A DNA stretch of 62,752 nt, counting the filler, from Nemertoderma westbladi (taxonomy: Eukaryota > Animalia > Xenacoelomorpha): assembly GCA_032718475.1 (NCBI GenBank). It is 3 parts of 3 records of this genome, joined end to end, with 100 filler letters (N's around TTAATTAATTAA, not from the genome) between each part and the next. Parts side by side here need not be neighbours in the genome. Positions count along the whole stretch, not along the records: positions 47,998 to 62,752 come from JAUCBJ010003995.1; 2 more parts are not named here. One strand, written 5' to 3'. The number at the start of each line of letters is the position of its first letter. Position 1 is the first letter of the stretch. The translations under genes were made by a program, and so were the position numbers. The notes under the pieces were generated by a model. It was not told the origin of the DNA, searched no databases, and was given only the letters and a program-made list of their open reading frames with translations. Shown piece after piece: positions 47,998 through 62,091 of the stretch.

Positions 47998-49069
47998 GAG
48001 TACGATGAAAATAATGTTCTACATTATTTACCATCCAATAAATAATTATAAAAATTCAGTTAAAACGTGCTCTGATCTATAAATATAACGCTGCCTGTAA
48101 CTATGGAAATATAAACATTTGTTTGATTTATAAATATTTATTTAATAAATTCTGCCTCTATTTTTTGACAACTTAACGAATTTATTCTATAATTGCATTA
48201 AAAAAGGGAGTGGCCATTTTTGGACTTGACTTACCGGATACACATTTTATGCACGTAAGGAGTTTGCATCCTGTGAATTTCTTGGGATTAAATACATGCT
48301 CCCATAAAATAATTTCTCTTTTAATAAGCAGCTAAAATATAATACTTAAAATTTCAAATTTCACCAAGGGAAATATTACATAATAATAATATAAGAAGGT
48401 TTCAGTTATAGTACTACTAAATTATCATAATATGTATTGACATATCTAAGCTATTTTAGCATTATTTTTGTGTTTCATGTTTTTGATCCCATAAATTAAT
48501 AGCATACATATATTAATAGGCATGTCCTAACCATAATGCGCGATAAAACACATTGTGCAAAACCGTACTTAGTGTCTACCCAAGTATCTGAAATTGAGTC
48601 ATGACTACATATCTCCCAAGGTATCAATAATTCAACCCACTTCACTACAACACAGCACCTGGATCTTCATTGTACATTGGGAATAATATTTATATATATA
48701 TCAACCAAACGGTCACCCAAGAGGTAGACCCAAAACTAAACAACAACGAACAACAAGTCTAGAAAATATTGTAAAGAAAATTGGAAACCCCAAGGGTAAA
48801 GGTGTGTAAACATCTAGGTCTCAGTACAATACTAGGTCTCATTCTTTAGGTCCCTCGTGCCGTCGTAGAATAATAGACACAGCCAGACACGGAACAGACA
48901 ACCACCAGCATGTCTCAATGAACAGGCCCCCATGACTCAACAAGGGAATTCGGTTAGACAACCGCCACACCCTCCCAACCCACCAGACCAGACTGCAGGT
49001 TAGGTAAACGAAACCGGAATGAAGACAAACCCAACTACAAACCTACTGTAAGCTGTTTTAGTAATCTAG

Positions 49070-52000
49070 TGTTTGGTATGTTAAATGTTGAAAGGTTAAC
49101 TTTGAAACTTACTGATCCAAATGTTTGCAACATATCAAACAATGTGACTTTTTTATCACAACCGAGACATGGCTGAGCCCTTTAAGTAAGTTAGTAGGTT
49201 ATCTATACGGGTACTCCACCATTTCAACCACTAGAAAAAGGAAACTTTACTTTATTTTACAAAGATATTTACGACGGCGCCGTCTCTCTATTTCAAGAAT
49301 TCGGAAATGATGACATGTTATGGGTTAAACTTAATAAAACAAAATTATTTTGTGCGCGGCCTACATACCACCACAAGGTAGCACTCAGTACTCTAACGAC
49401 CCGATTGCTATTTTTGATCTGATCGAAGAGGGTGTGGGGTGTGGATGCATATCAACGTTCTAATGATGTAATCATTTTTGGTTACTTATTCTAGAACATC
49501 ATCAGAACCAGATTATATTGAAATTGACGTAAGCGGGTCTATGTTGGACGACCTACTTCCCCCGGATTACTCTTTTGACGATGACATTCAACCGGATATG
49601 TGAGGGGAATGTAGTGTACTAAGATCCAATATGGATACTGTTATAAATCCCCATGGTAAAAGGTTACTAGAACTATGTAAGGCAACCGGCTTGCGTATAT
49701 TTAATGGAAGGGCAGGTGAGGATAAAGGGGTTGGAAAATTTACATATTATTCAACTGGAAAAAGGATCGGCAAATCCACCATTGAATATGTGGTTAGTAG
49801 TTTGGACATTATCCTGTGATGCAGCTCTTTTACAGTAAACGACCCAAATGAGTTTACCAAACACTGTGTTTTGAAAATGACTATGACAGGTAACACTATA
49901 TCGCAGCTGCAAACATCAGCCAGAACTAACCAGTCTGACACTCAAGGGACTATTATAAATATTAACAAAAAGTACTTCTGGAAAGAAAAATGTTCGTCCA
50001 ATTTTAAACAAGAATTAGCTTCACCTGAATTCCAGGCTAAGTTAGACGATGTGATTGATTTAGTTACGGTCGGCAAAATAGAGAAAAACGATATCGACTG
50101 TGCGGCAGAAAAATTATGTGATAGTTTATCAGGGATGGCTGACAAATATTTTGCGTCCGCTAACAAACTGAGCGCTACAATTGATTCATCTAGAGTATCT
50201 CACCCGTGGTACAATGACGATTGTCGAAATAACAGATGTCTATTTCAAACAGCCATGGCAAACTGGAAGCTCACTAGGAATGAGGAATCTCATAGGGCAA
50301 TGTGACGTAAGTAGCAGCAATACAAACAACTTTGAAGATGTGGGAATACCACCTAGAGTTAATATCAATGTACAAGAAAGTAAATCCATTCTAGAATCAT
50401 ATATATCCCAACCATTCACTGAAGAGGAAGTCAAATTAGCTATCCATAAACGAAAGCGGGGATAAGGCAACAGGTATAGACTTACTAATTAATGAATTCT
50501 TAATAGAAGGGGAAGGAAGAGAATGGGTAGAGCAGTTAACCCCCACCTAGACTGTATTATTCAATGCAGTGCTTTATGTATCATATTTTCCAGAGGCATG
50601 GGCGACCGCACTAATTAACCCGATATATAAGAACAAGGGAGACAGACTAGATTCGAGTAATTACCGAGGAATTTAGTTTCTGAGCTGTGTTGGTAAACTT
50701 TTCACAGGAATTATAAACGCAAGACTGACATGTTGGGCCGCTTGCACAATGCACAGGTGCTAGATTGGAAGCCCAAGGTGGGTTCAGAACAGGTTACAGA
50801 GCGACTGATCACATTCTTATTCTCCATGGTCTTATTTCCCACTTTACAAAACAATCTGGGAATAAATTATACTGCGCTTTCATTGACTTTCGTCGTGCGT
50901 TCGATAGCGTTAACCACAAGGCCATTTGGATAAAACTTGGTAGTTTAGGCTTTGGAGGAAAAATCTTCGGAATCGTAAAGAGCATTTACAGCGCAGCTAA
51001 GGCTCGGGTTAGGTGGAACAGTAATTATTACAATCAGTATAATACTTATAGAATCAGAATAATACTTGTAGGGGTAATGCAAGGGGATGCTTTATCCCCC
51101 CTTCTCTTCTCTCTATTCTTGAACGACTTGGAGGCGGAATTGGCAGCTGTTGGGTTTGAGGATCTACATGTAGGTCATCTACAGTTGTTCCTCCTATTAT
51201 ACGCTGATGACGTTATTCTCATGGCAAATAGCGCAACAAAACTGCAGACATCTTAGGACACATTGGGTTCATTTTGCGGATTACTGGTCTCTCGAGGTAA
51301 ATTTGGCAAAGACAAAGATTATAGTGTTTAGAAGTGGGGGCACCCTAAGTAATACAGATAAATGGTTCTATAAATCAAAGGTAGTCGAGGTGGTGGTTTC
51401 CCAATATACTTACTTGGGAATCGATTTTACCACCACAGGGAAATTCTCAACTGCCCAAAAGGTGCTTGCCGAAAAGGCGCAGAAAGCACTGTTTTCACTT
51501 TTTAGGCACTTTAACTGTTTCCCAAATGTTACATTCGAATTGTAATACAGACTATTCGAATGTTTAGTATTACCTATACTTATGTACGGATCAGAGGTGT
51601 GGGGCTTTCACATGGCACTGGCTGTCAAACGTGTCCATTTGGGATTCATTAAAAGGGTTTTAGGAATAAAGCGCAGTACATCAAATTTTATGGTATACGG
51701 GGAAAGTGGCGTGGTACCTTTAGCCTTGCGTCGAAAATTTTACGTTGTAAAATTTTGGATGCGCATAATATAGTTGCCAGATAACCGGTTACTAAAACAA
51801 ACGTACAATCTCCTCTATCAGGATGTACTGAACGACAACTCAGTGGTTAACTTGGTGTCACTTACCAGGGACCTCATAAACAGTCTGGGTTTATCCTGGG
51901 TGTGGCAAGACCAAGCAATAAATTCAGAAACACCAGTTTTTGTTGAAAGTAAAAAAAATTATCAAAGACCAATTTGTGCAAGGATGGTGGTGGTCAGCTC

Positions 52001-52412
52001 TGGCTGGATCTCCTATGGACAGTTATATAGCAAAAGGAGCTTTGAAACCGAACCGTATCTGGACAGCCTAAAGGACTCACCGCAACTCAGACACATTCTA
52101 GCTAAATTCCATTGTTCATCACACGACTTGCATATTGAGGCCGGGCGATGGCATCGGGTTCCGCGAACTGAAAGAATTTGCGAACTATGTAACCTGAACC
52201 AAATAGAAGACGAACTCCCTTTGTACTTGTTTGTACCAAATATTTAGAACTCCGTACCAAGTACATCGACAATTGGTACCATCAACGACCCAATCCCCAC
52301 AAATTCAAGCTTCTGCTATCAAATAATTCTCAGGCAATCACAAGGAAATTAGCACTATTCTTATTCTATGCGTTCAAAACTCGGTCAAAATTTATCATAG
52401 GTAATAATAATT
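49070..52412 (+). mobile_element. Degraded non-LTR retrotransposon (RTEX-like): APE endonuclease + RT + C-terminal Zn finger
   Basis: ITTETWL, NPHGKRLLELC..IFNGR..FTYYS; QGGFR, FIDFRRAFDSV, QGDALSPLLF, LLYADD; LHIEAGRW..RICELC..EDE; (TAA)n end; many stops and frameshifts. Confidence 0.88.
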
Positions 52413-52762
52413 AAGATAAAAACGAGATAAATATGATATGATGTACAAATGATAACAAAACATGTGAACATAAACAAATATGTAAACATAGCATAGTACT
52501 GCATAACAATAAACAGTAATCTAAATGGAACTGTGTAATAACCCCCTCCAATTGGCTTCTCGGTTGTTGTTGTTGCAGGTTATCTCCATCACTCTAGCCA
52601 TTCTCCAGTGCTGTTTATTAATACAGTATCTGTAGGTATATATTGTTTTACAGTATATGGCTTGTTAATCCATGTTGTAAAACATAAACACCATTACAGT
52701 ACGTTGTCACCGCCCCGTAAACCAGTTGTTTGTGTGGTTTACTAGATCTGTGGAACATGTCA

Positions 52763-53660
52763 TGTGGGGCGAGCCACGAAGTGAGCGAAGCCTTAGCATA
52801 TGGGTGCCATCGGCGAATTGTCTGTCGTCGTCGTCGTTGTCGTCTGTCGTCGTCGTCGTAAATTTTTGATCGCTAACAACTCGTTTATTCCTCGATGAAA
52901 TTAAACGAAACTTGGTACGTATGTAGTCCGTCAAAAGTTTAGAAAAAACTGAAGTTTGGTCAAAAACGAACGAACGCAACGAGGCACAAGAGGAGGACGA
53001 GTATTGTGTTGAAGACTTCTGACTAACGGCAGACAACTCGTTAATGGTGCCCCTATATGCTAAAGGCTTTGCTCACTTCGTGCTGCGCAAAGGCCCCACG
53101 AACGTGTATCATACTGTGCATAGTCGTTATTAATGGTGAAGTCAATATTGGTGACTATACTGTATAATTAACAATTTACCGGTATCTCCAACCATAATAC
53201 TTATATTGTGTTGCGTTGAAATAAATGGATAAATTATTATAAAAAGAAAAAATATATATTTGTATAATTTACTTCAACATAATATTCACAAAAGTACAAT
53301 TATTATTAATTGTACTTTACTACTACTACTGTACTTTACTTTACCTACTACAAGATGATAGTATGATAATAAACACTTAACCAGAAACTTTGAACGAGTG
53401 TTGGTGAGAAGGCATATTGAGTGTGTACATATATTTAAATTTAATTGTAACTCAAAAACAGAGAAAGATTTTTAATTTATGATGGATCGATGTACTGGAG
53501 CATCCTACGATATTTGTACGCGTTCGTGGGGCCTTCGCGCAGCACGAGAGCCTAAATTAGAAAGTACATTATATGACAGACGACGACGACGACGACAGAC
53601 AACTCGTTGATAGGTACCCATATGCTAAGGCTTCGCTCATTTCGTGGCTCGCCTCACATA
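52763..53660. repeat. Cluster of short inverted-orientation repeat fragments with (GTC)n microsatellite (MITE/Helentron-associated-like)
   Basis: 52763-52840 is the reverse complement of 53575-53658 and partly of 53030-53100; 53078-53104 is inverted at 53520-53547; a related bit lies at ~44680-44700. Confidence 0.6.
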
Positions 53661-54396
53661 GTAGATGGTAACCTAGTGTATTGGGGAGGCAGGTATTGTT
53701 CGCGTAAGCTACTGTATATCGGGCATTCGAGAAGGAAGTAGTACTCTGTTTCAATATGCCCCAGGTTGCATTTGCATACTGGACATAGCCGACATACGTG
53801 GGATATTGTACCAAAACTAGCTAATGTGCGTTTAAGAGCGGGGTAATTTTTAAGAACTATAACGTTCGGTTCAGTTCGAGTTCAGTATCCTTGACATATA
53901 AGTCGCCTTTTGGGGAATTATCTAGGGTTGATCACCAATTCTGGATAAACTGACTCTTTTGCTCGTTTGGTTGTTCCTGTTGCTTTTTAGCTAGGAACTC
54001 CTCCCATTTAGTACTGATTGCGCTTCCCAAGTCAAAGATAATCCCAAATTATTTAGAGTATCCCGAACCTTTGTCGCCCAATTTGTAACCCTTTGAGAAT
54101 CAAGTACTTCCACTGAGATGAGATATGTTATACCTATCTATAAGATGGCAAGAACAATAATCGTAACCAGAACTTTATAATCCCAATGGTTCGGTCAATT
54201 GCCAAAGGGAAGACACCGGTTTCTCCATAGACTATAAAATCTGGCGTTGAAGTTTTCACACCCAAAACATTTTTCAGAAGTTTTTCTGTGTCCCTCCCCT
54301 TTATAAGTCGCAATACTTCAGATCAATTCAGCAAAATAGGCCTAATCAATAAAGTGTTGGTAGATGTAATTTTAGGTCAAAACCTATTTTTGGGAA

Positions 54397-54860
54397 TCAG
54401 TTCATATAGCGACAGAGCGTGTAGTAAGCTGTGTTTGCCTTCTCAGTCAATATTTCTTGAGCCTTAGTAAATTTTCCAATTGAAGTAAAGATAATTCCAG
54501 GGTACGTGTAATAAGGTACAACGTAGCAGATAGAGTTTAAATAACCAACTACTAAACCAGCAATATCCTTACTCTGCTCAGCTTCTAAATCGTTTATGAA
54601 CAAAACGAATAGAAAAGGGCTAAGGCATTCACCCTGCCTGACTCCAACAAGACAGTTAAAGGAATCCGACAGATTGTCCCCCCAGACTTGTTTTGGCAGT
54701 GCCGTACATGCTTTTTATTATTTTATAAACTTTCCCTGAAATCCCCAATGCATGAAGTTTAAACCATAGAGCACTTCTGTCAATCATATCAAATGCCCTC
54801 TGCAGATCTATGAAGGCGCAATAAAACTTACAACCTTTGGATTTATTTAAGTACGTATTA
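54397..54860 (-). mobile_element. RT fragment of a second RTEX-like LINE
   Basis: Minus strand reads FYCAFIDLQRAFDMIDRSALWFKL...GVRQGECLSPFLFVLFINDLEAE...YTYPGIIFTSIGKF. Confidence 0.8.
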
Positions 54861-57800
54861 GTAATATGTTTTTTAACAGTATTACATCGATGGAACGAAG
54901 ATTTAATATTGGTGTGAACTTCTACATCTCTGACCAGCTAGCTAGCTATCTGCTGCCCACAATTCGAATGAAAATTGATGGCAAATACTAGATTAAGTTT
55001 GCCATTCCCATACCCAAGTATCCCAAATCTAATTACAGCAGAGCATTGTTAAAAAGTGACGGTATGAAAGATACGCTAAGACAACCTTACAGGGTGTTGC
55101 AGATTGGTAGATTGATAGTTGTTTAACTAAGGCTGGCAACTGCATTCAAAGAGCTATTGTTAAAATTGATTGCACGGTAATTGATGAATCCGTGAATTTC
55201 GTCATGTTGACTAATTAGCCTACTAGTTAGTGTTAATAAGCATATGGCCAACCTGACCGGAACTTTATTCATAGGGAAAATATGAGTTTATAGAGTTCAT
55301 CTTAAGAGCGAAGAATACATACATACATACTACATACTACATACAATACATACATATTATGCATATATACGATCACGCGAGCTCCTGTAAAAAGCCGCCT
55401 CAACTTACTTAAGCAGACATACTTGTCAGGTTCCATGATGTTGTTCTCAAGTCCAGACAGAGTACATGAGCAGGAATGTATACTTGAAGGAAAGTTATTG
55501 GGTGGCCACCACGTCTGTTAAAATTGAAGCAGATTGCCACAACCATCAGGCAAATCCTTCCAGTGATATCAATGACTGATTTGCATTAAGTAAGTTGTGT
55601 TGGAATTGTTGAGTAGAGCTGGGTTTTGGAAATGGGATATCAACAAAAATCTGACTAGTCCAATATTAATGAAACGAATTTTACCAACACTTAAAAAAAG
55701 TTTATTCGAAAATGATGTTCAATTTGGGAGTTAGTGTGGCGCAATCACTGCCTTACAGGTGAAATCCAAGAGAAGAGATAAGAATGGTATAAGGATGGTA
55801 GTAATTGAAATTACACTAAAGACATTCTACTATTACTTTGTCTTAAAAAAATGTCTCTGCAGTTGATATATCGATCGTCAGTTAATAGTACACATAATGC
55901 CTACAAAAAGTGACAGTCCAATCACATGTTGAGAGGCACCCATAGTGGAATATTAAATATTGTAGATATTTATTTATCTAATTAATATCCTCAAGAATAG
56001 GACTATGCGATTTTTAGTTGGAGTTATCCAAAGTGACAATAGTAATGAAATGTTGTGATCCTTCTTTCATTTAGAGTGAGAGGAAATACTGTGGAAACCC
56101 AGTCAAAAAGATTTAATATGATATTTTTTATTTCAATTTGAATTGGTTCCATTCATAACGAATTTTGACACTAATTAAATTTATTTATTTAGAATTTAAG
56201 CAGCGCAATGAGGCACATATCTGCAGGAAAAACCAAAATCGAATCAACACACGTAATATTGGTAATGCCATGGGTATAATTCCTTTTCCATGAACAACGT
56301 CATTACTCTCTCTATCTCAACCTAGTTGCTAGTTGTTTGAATGTTGTTGATGTTGATATCTATGTGAGACATGAAACTTATAATTTAATGTGTCATATTC
56401 AAAAACATAATTTACTAATGTCTCACTATGCTATGTCTGCATATTATGCTGCATGGATTCTAAGTTAAACATGTTTATTGTTTACAGTTAAACATCTCAG
56501 GGTTACATGTTTATTGTTAAACAGTTTTAGTTTATCCCATGAATTGCAGTAGCCTCTGGCCATGAGGAGAAATAATCCTAACTATGTCAACAAACAAATT
56601 AGCCTAGTTTTAGATTTTGGGAAGAGATTTTAGATTTTGCCCATACAGCACATCGTACTGGAAAAAAATACCCAAAGATATTCGTAATTCTGTATAATAA
56701 TATGTCAATAATCAATAAACAGAGACTGATTGATACCCAACTGGCATCATTGAGGATTTTGTGTAATTTCATTAAAAAACTTTACTGCCCCAAATGAACG
56801 AATTTGACATGAATCCGTTACAATTTTAACTTATTACAATACATCAAATACAATACATCAATAACATCATTTTTTATGAAAATTTTCAATTCCATACACA
56901 TCGTAGATATTTCTGCTATAAATAATTATTATAATTCAATTACTTTGTTATTATTATCAAATTATTTTGGCTGTAAATTGAATTAATTCATACACCCATC
57001 AGAACCATCCATTGTAAAAAAAAACATGAATGTTGACCAGGTATTTATCATTGATTGATATCGAGTAGTCAACAACGCAGCGGGGGATTCCACAAGCATC
57101 CCTCTCAACAAGTTTTAAAAATACATTCTAATTAACCAGTAAGGTTATAAGAGTTTGTAAGAATATAAGAGTTCTATTTATGTTTGATTACTAAATTGCA
57201 GGAATGCATATTAGCCATCTCAGCTCAGCAGTCATCATGACGTGTGTGTTACATATCGGCCTATCCATCGTCCATGTGCCCCTCCCATCCATACGGTACC
57301 TGGAAACAGGAGATCCCATAAACGATTACCTAAGGGACATTGCGAAAAAGAGAATAGGCAACTTGGGGAGAGGCGAGTACGAAGGTATTAAGTGGGTTTT
57401 ATTAGCGACTGGTCTGATATTAGAGAGAAACGCTGCAACTTATCCACTTTGAAATCCCTAAGTGGCGTAAAATAATGCGTTAGATCCGATGCTCACCACT
57501 CACGATCGCTTTCGGCATCATCCAACAGCCATGGCCAGCTGACCAGCACCACTATACTGCTTTCAACCAGAGGATAGACAGGCAGACAGCATTGCTTTAT
57601 GTTGCCATATTGTTGATGGGTGAATGTGGATCAGTTTGTCATCTGTCATTACGTTTTTCCTAAATAAAATTAGTTGAGCTGTTACTATTACCGGTACTTT
57701 ATCTGTATTATCTCATGGCATTCCGTCTCACTATTTTTCTTCAATCACTTGCAAATTAAGACAGAGAGGGTTAAAGCTATAAATATTATTATGTTGGTTC

Positions 57801-58256
57801 AGAACTGAGTCAGTGACAGTGCTATTGGGTGTAAGAATGGGACCTCTTGGTATAAGAGACAATTCCATGGTTTATACAGTAGGTAATTGTGGGTCCGAAC
57901 TGAACTGAAGACGTAATTACAAATAATTCCCCACAAATAAATAAAATTAGATTCGCCATTGTTCATAATTAGCACTTTAAAAGCTTTTACGGCTCTTGTT
58001 TTGTTATTTGTTATTTGATATTTTGGAGTGGTAACGCTTTAAAGTGATATTTTATGAATAATGACTTATAGTTATTTATTATATCACCGCCAGACCATTG
58101 AATTCGCAAAAATTCCTCTTTGTTTAAAATAAAAATATAATAAATCAAAACTAAAATTAAGGGGTCACGTTGTCCATTATATTACACCCAGGCCTGGGGC
58201 GACGCTGTCCATTATTCTATTACACCCAGGCGCGGATCACGCTGCATTTCTACCCA

Positions 58257-58410
58257 GTTGCCCAATGTGTCACTTGCCCAATAAAAATCAGACGAGTCAC
58301 CTTCCCAATAAAAAATAAAACTAAAAATGAGTCACTTGCCCAATAAAAATCAGACGAGTCACCTTCCCAATAAAAAATAAAACTAAAAATGAGTCACTTG
58401 CCCAATAAGT
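58257..58410. repeat. Short 62-bp tandem duplication with CCCAATAA subrepeats
   Basis: GTCACTTGCCCAATAAAAATCAGACGAGTCACCTTCCCAATAAAAAATAAAACTAAAAATGA present twice. Confidence 0.85.
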
Positions 58411-58694
58411 TGCTAAAAATTCCATGATTCTACAAAATTTATTTGACTCCCCAAACATACTTTATAACGTAATAACATTATGTCTCATATTGATATTTAA
58501 TGTTCTGGCATGGCAATGGATTCACTTCAATTATTTGTTTAGAATTTCGCACAAACAATCAGCTCGTTTTATATTTTAGCATGTACCACAAACTATACAT
58601 TCTACAAAATTCATTTCCGCTCTTCCAAACAATGAAGACATTTTACATGTTATCGTCGTTTCGCGGTTCCTTTCATACTTTAAGAGTTAAACAA

Positions 58695-58852
58695 AGCAAA
58701 AGCAAACAGTCGGCCGAGGCCGGAGGCGACCCGAAGCTCCCCGACCAATTTATCGACCCCAGTGGATGAAAGGCTGAGTGGACCCTGGCGGGGCTGAACC
58801 TACAACCACTAGATTGCAGGACCGGCGCTCAACCAACTGAGCTAACCCGCCA
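58695..58852 (-). mobile_element. tRNA-derived SINE with 14-bp TSD
   Basis: Minus strand GGCGGGTTAGCTCAGTTGGTTGAGCG (A box)...GGTTCAGCCC (B box), then CACTCAGCCTTTCATCC..GGTCGATAAA (Meta/Sauria-SINE-like core). TAAGAGTTAAACAA at 58681-58694 and 58853-58866. Confidence 0.85.
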
Positions 58853-59127
58853 TAAGAGTTAAACAAGGCAATCAAATAATATTGGAAATGCGGGGGGGGG
58901 GGGGGGGGGGGGTAGCGGGTGGAATATTTATTATTATATTATTATATATTATTCTATAAAATTTATCAAGCCCATTGTTGACAAAAGAATAACCCCCCCC
59001 CCCCCCCCCAACAACACTCACTGAACTTGCCCTTGGCGCCCCAACAATACCCTCTAGACTTGTAGCTCAAGAACCCCAGCATAATAATTAATTAGAAGAT
59101 GAACTGTTGTACTTGGTACTAAGAAGG

Positions 59128-62091
59128 TGTTGTACCAAGAAGGGCAACCTAACACTCTATGGTTCTTTTCGGGGAATCTCATTGATCTCGATTGCTGCAA
59201 AGCTATACAATAGAATTATATTAAATCGCATCAGGGATCCCATTGAGAGACTGCTCCGTGGAAATCAGAATGGGTTCCGTAAAGGTCGTGGGACCATGGA
59301 ACCCATTTTGGCACTTAGAAGGATAATTGAAGAGTTATCAAAAAAGAAAAACAGGCATCTGGCTGTTATCTTTGTTGACTTCTTTAAGGCCTTTTATTCA
59401 GTCTCCCGCTCACGTATGTTCAGCATACTTTCATTATATGGGATTTCTGATGAAATTATTGCAGCAATCAGATCAGTATACGATGGTTCGACAACATTTG
59501 TGTCTACTGTTGATGGTGACACAGAACCATTTGAAGTGTTATGGGGCGTCCTCCAGGGAGACACACTTGCACCATTCTTGCTACGCATGTCCTTAGATCA
59601 TCATAATGATGATGTGGTGATGATAACTCCACCTACTGGCTCCAGAAGTCGAGGAAATCCTGCCAAGTACCTAACTGATCTAGACTTTGTTGATGACTTA
59701 GGAGTACTCTCAGAATCATTAGAGGGAGCCCAACGGCTCCTCAGCTCATTAGAATATGCTGCTTCTAGTGTTGGTCTTTTTATTAACTCCAGAAAGACCA
59801 AAATTTTGACTGTTAACTTTGAAAGTCCTCAGCAAGTCTCTGATCGGATGAGCATAAGCTCAAAGGATGGTATGCTTGAGCATGTGGACGACTTCTGTTA
59901 CCTGGGATCATGGATCCGGAAGTCAGGTGAGGACCTTCGAATACGTAAGGGAAAGGCATGGGTAGCCTTGAATAGGCTTTTCAGGATTTGGAAGTCACCG
60001 AGAATTAATCGGAAACTTAAGGTCCGATTATTTAGAGCAGCAGTAGTTCCAGTACTCCTCTATGGGAGTCAATGCTGGGCTCTAATTTCTGAGGATACCA
60101 AATCTCTGGATGGCACATTCACAAGAATGCTACGCCGGGTTCATTGTGTCAAGTACAATGCACACATCTCCAACCAGACACTATATAACATTGGAGGTGT
60201 CTCATTGGTTCCCCCAAGCTTGACACTAGAACAAAATCGCCTCCGCTTTGCAGGACATTTCTTTCACCGTGAGGACCAGCCAGCAGTGCCGGTTTAACCT
60301 TAAGGCATATAAGGCACGTGCCTTAGGGCCAGACGAAAATACGGGCCATTTTTTCTCAGCGAGTCATTCCTGTAAAATTATTTTTATCTGAAAAGTCCAC
60401 ATTTTTTCTCACTAAAATTTCTAGAAAACAGAACAAAAGTGCATCTTTCGACAACTTCCTATCACTAGATTTGTGGTAGAAATTGCAAAATTGTATCTCA
60501 ATCGACCGACAGCTGCTTGTGTTATTAGTTCAAGACCTGATGGCAGGGAAATAATAAAACATGGGCAGTAAAACTTTAAAGTGCTAATTATGAACAATGG
60601 AGAATTTAATTTTATTTATTTGTGAGGAATTATTTGTACTTATGTACTTAAATTTTCTAGAACAACCAAATAATGACGTGGTGACATACTGGAAACACTG
60701 TACATAGTAAATGTATGGCGTGGAGATATGGTAGTGCGAAATTACTTTTTTTTTACCGGAAACGAGTTTTATAAATATAGGCCCTAATAGATAAAAAAAA
60801 AGGATAAATTAGTTGTAGATAAAATAGTTGTTGATAAAAAAAAACGTGTCAGAAATAACTTCTTGTCACTAATTTAATTTAACCGAAATTCAGATGTTCT
60901 GCCCTCGTTTATTGAATTTTGCATTCGATGGCATTTTAGGTGCCATTCCTGCAAAACCTAAAACTCTCGGACAGCATACAGTAATTGAATTTGGGTAAAT
61001 TAAAATTAGTGACAAAAAGTGCTAATTTCCGAGACTGTTCTCTTATTGAAGAACATTACTTTCTCAGCAAGTCCAAATATAAATTAGAAATATTATATCT
61101 TTGCACAAAGCCCACAATTTTGGTGTGTTATATTTCTCAGCAAGTCCAGTAAAGATAAGTACCCTGCGAAACCTACCCTACAGAATATAAATAACAAATT
61201 CCCACGATACAATCACAATTGCTAAATACAGTACCTACAGGGACCAGTCAGCTTTAAGGGGGCTCACTATTACCCCTACAGAAATAAAATTTTCGAAAAT
61301 TTACACAATTTATTTGCTGTTTGAAAGAAGGGCTTTCATAAAAGGTATATCGGTTTTCAACGTTGAATTATTTTTTGACCTTAAAACTGCTCTTTTCAAC
61401 AACATAATATATTGCTGATATTTATGCCTCTCTGTATAAAACAACCTTTTTTTTTGCTTGTCGATTTTGACTTTTTTCATCACTAAATTCCCTACTACTT
61501 TTTTATTTTTTACTCAATTTCCATTAAACATATACCAAAATGTTTAGCATCTTTAGGGCTACAATCGTGAATATCGGTTTGTAAAACATGGCCATTTGGA
61601 TCTTCTAGAACCGATTTTGTAACTGCTACACTTTGTCTATCACAAAATAGTACTTAGTAATTATTTGCACGCAGTCATCCAACGAAAATACTTTATATTT
61701 CCATTGCAACATTTTCACAATTTCAGTTGTTTTTAGCAGCTGTTTCTTTTGAAAGGATTTGCGGAAAAATAATATCAATTTTCGGGCCATTTTTGGAAAT
61801 TACTAAAATGTGCCTTAGGGCCACCAGAGGCTTAATCCGGCACTGCCAGCCAGTGCATAATCTTGTACTTTGGCAGCCTCCTGGAGTGAATAAGCATGGT
61901 GGACAGCCCATGACTTTCTTGAGACGCATCTTAAAGGACACTGGTCTTGAAGATGCGGATGATCTAGCAAATGTCATGGGTGATAGGGAGTTGTGGCGGC
62001 GCAATTTTGTGGACAAGCCGGCACAGCATTCTTAAAAAAGCAGCTGCAATGCAGCATGGCGATACTAGTAGTAGTAGTAGTAGTAGTAGTA
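59128..62091 (+). mobile_element. 5'-truncated RTE-like LINE (RT + C-terminus + (TAG)n tail), split by a DNA element
   Basis: FRGISLISIAAKLY, QNGFRKGRGT, QGDTLAPFL, DFVDD, YLGS; the frame resumes at 61854 (VLWQP..DRELWR); (TAG)n at 62066-62091. Confidence 0.92.
60284..61845. mobile_element. Non-autonomous hAT-type DNA transposon (1562 bp)
   Basis: TIRs CAGTGCCGG(T/A)TTAA (13/14 match); 8-bp TSD CCAGCCAG at 60276-60283 and 61846-61853; subterminal GTGCCTTAGGGCC at both ends; no transposase ORF. Confidence 0.92.

Noticed and set aside
58778-58851. tRNA gene on the minus strand
   Set aside because: Acceptor-stem pairing is poor, and it is followed by a SINE core and bounded by a TSD; treated as a SINE head.
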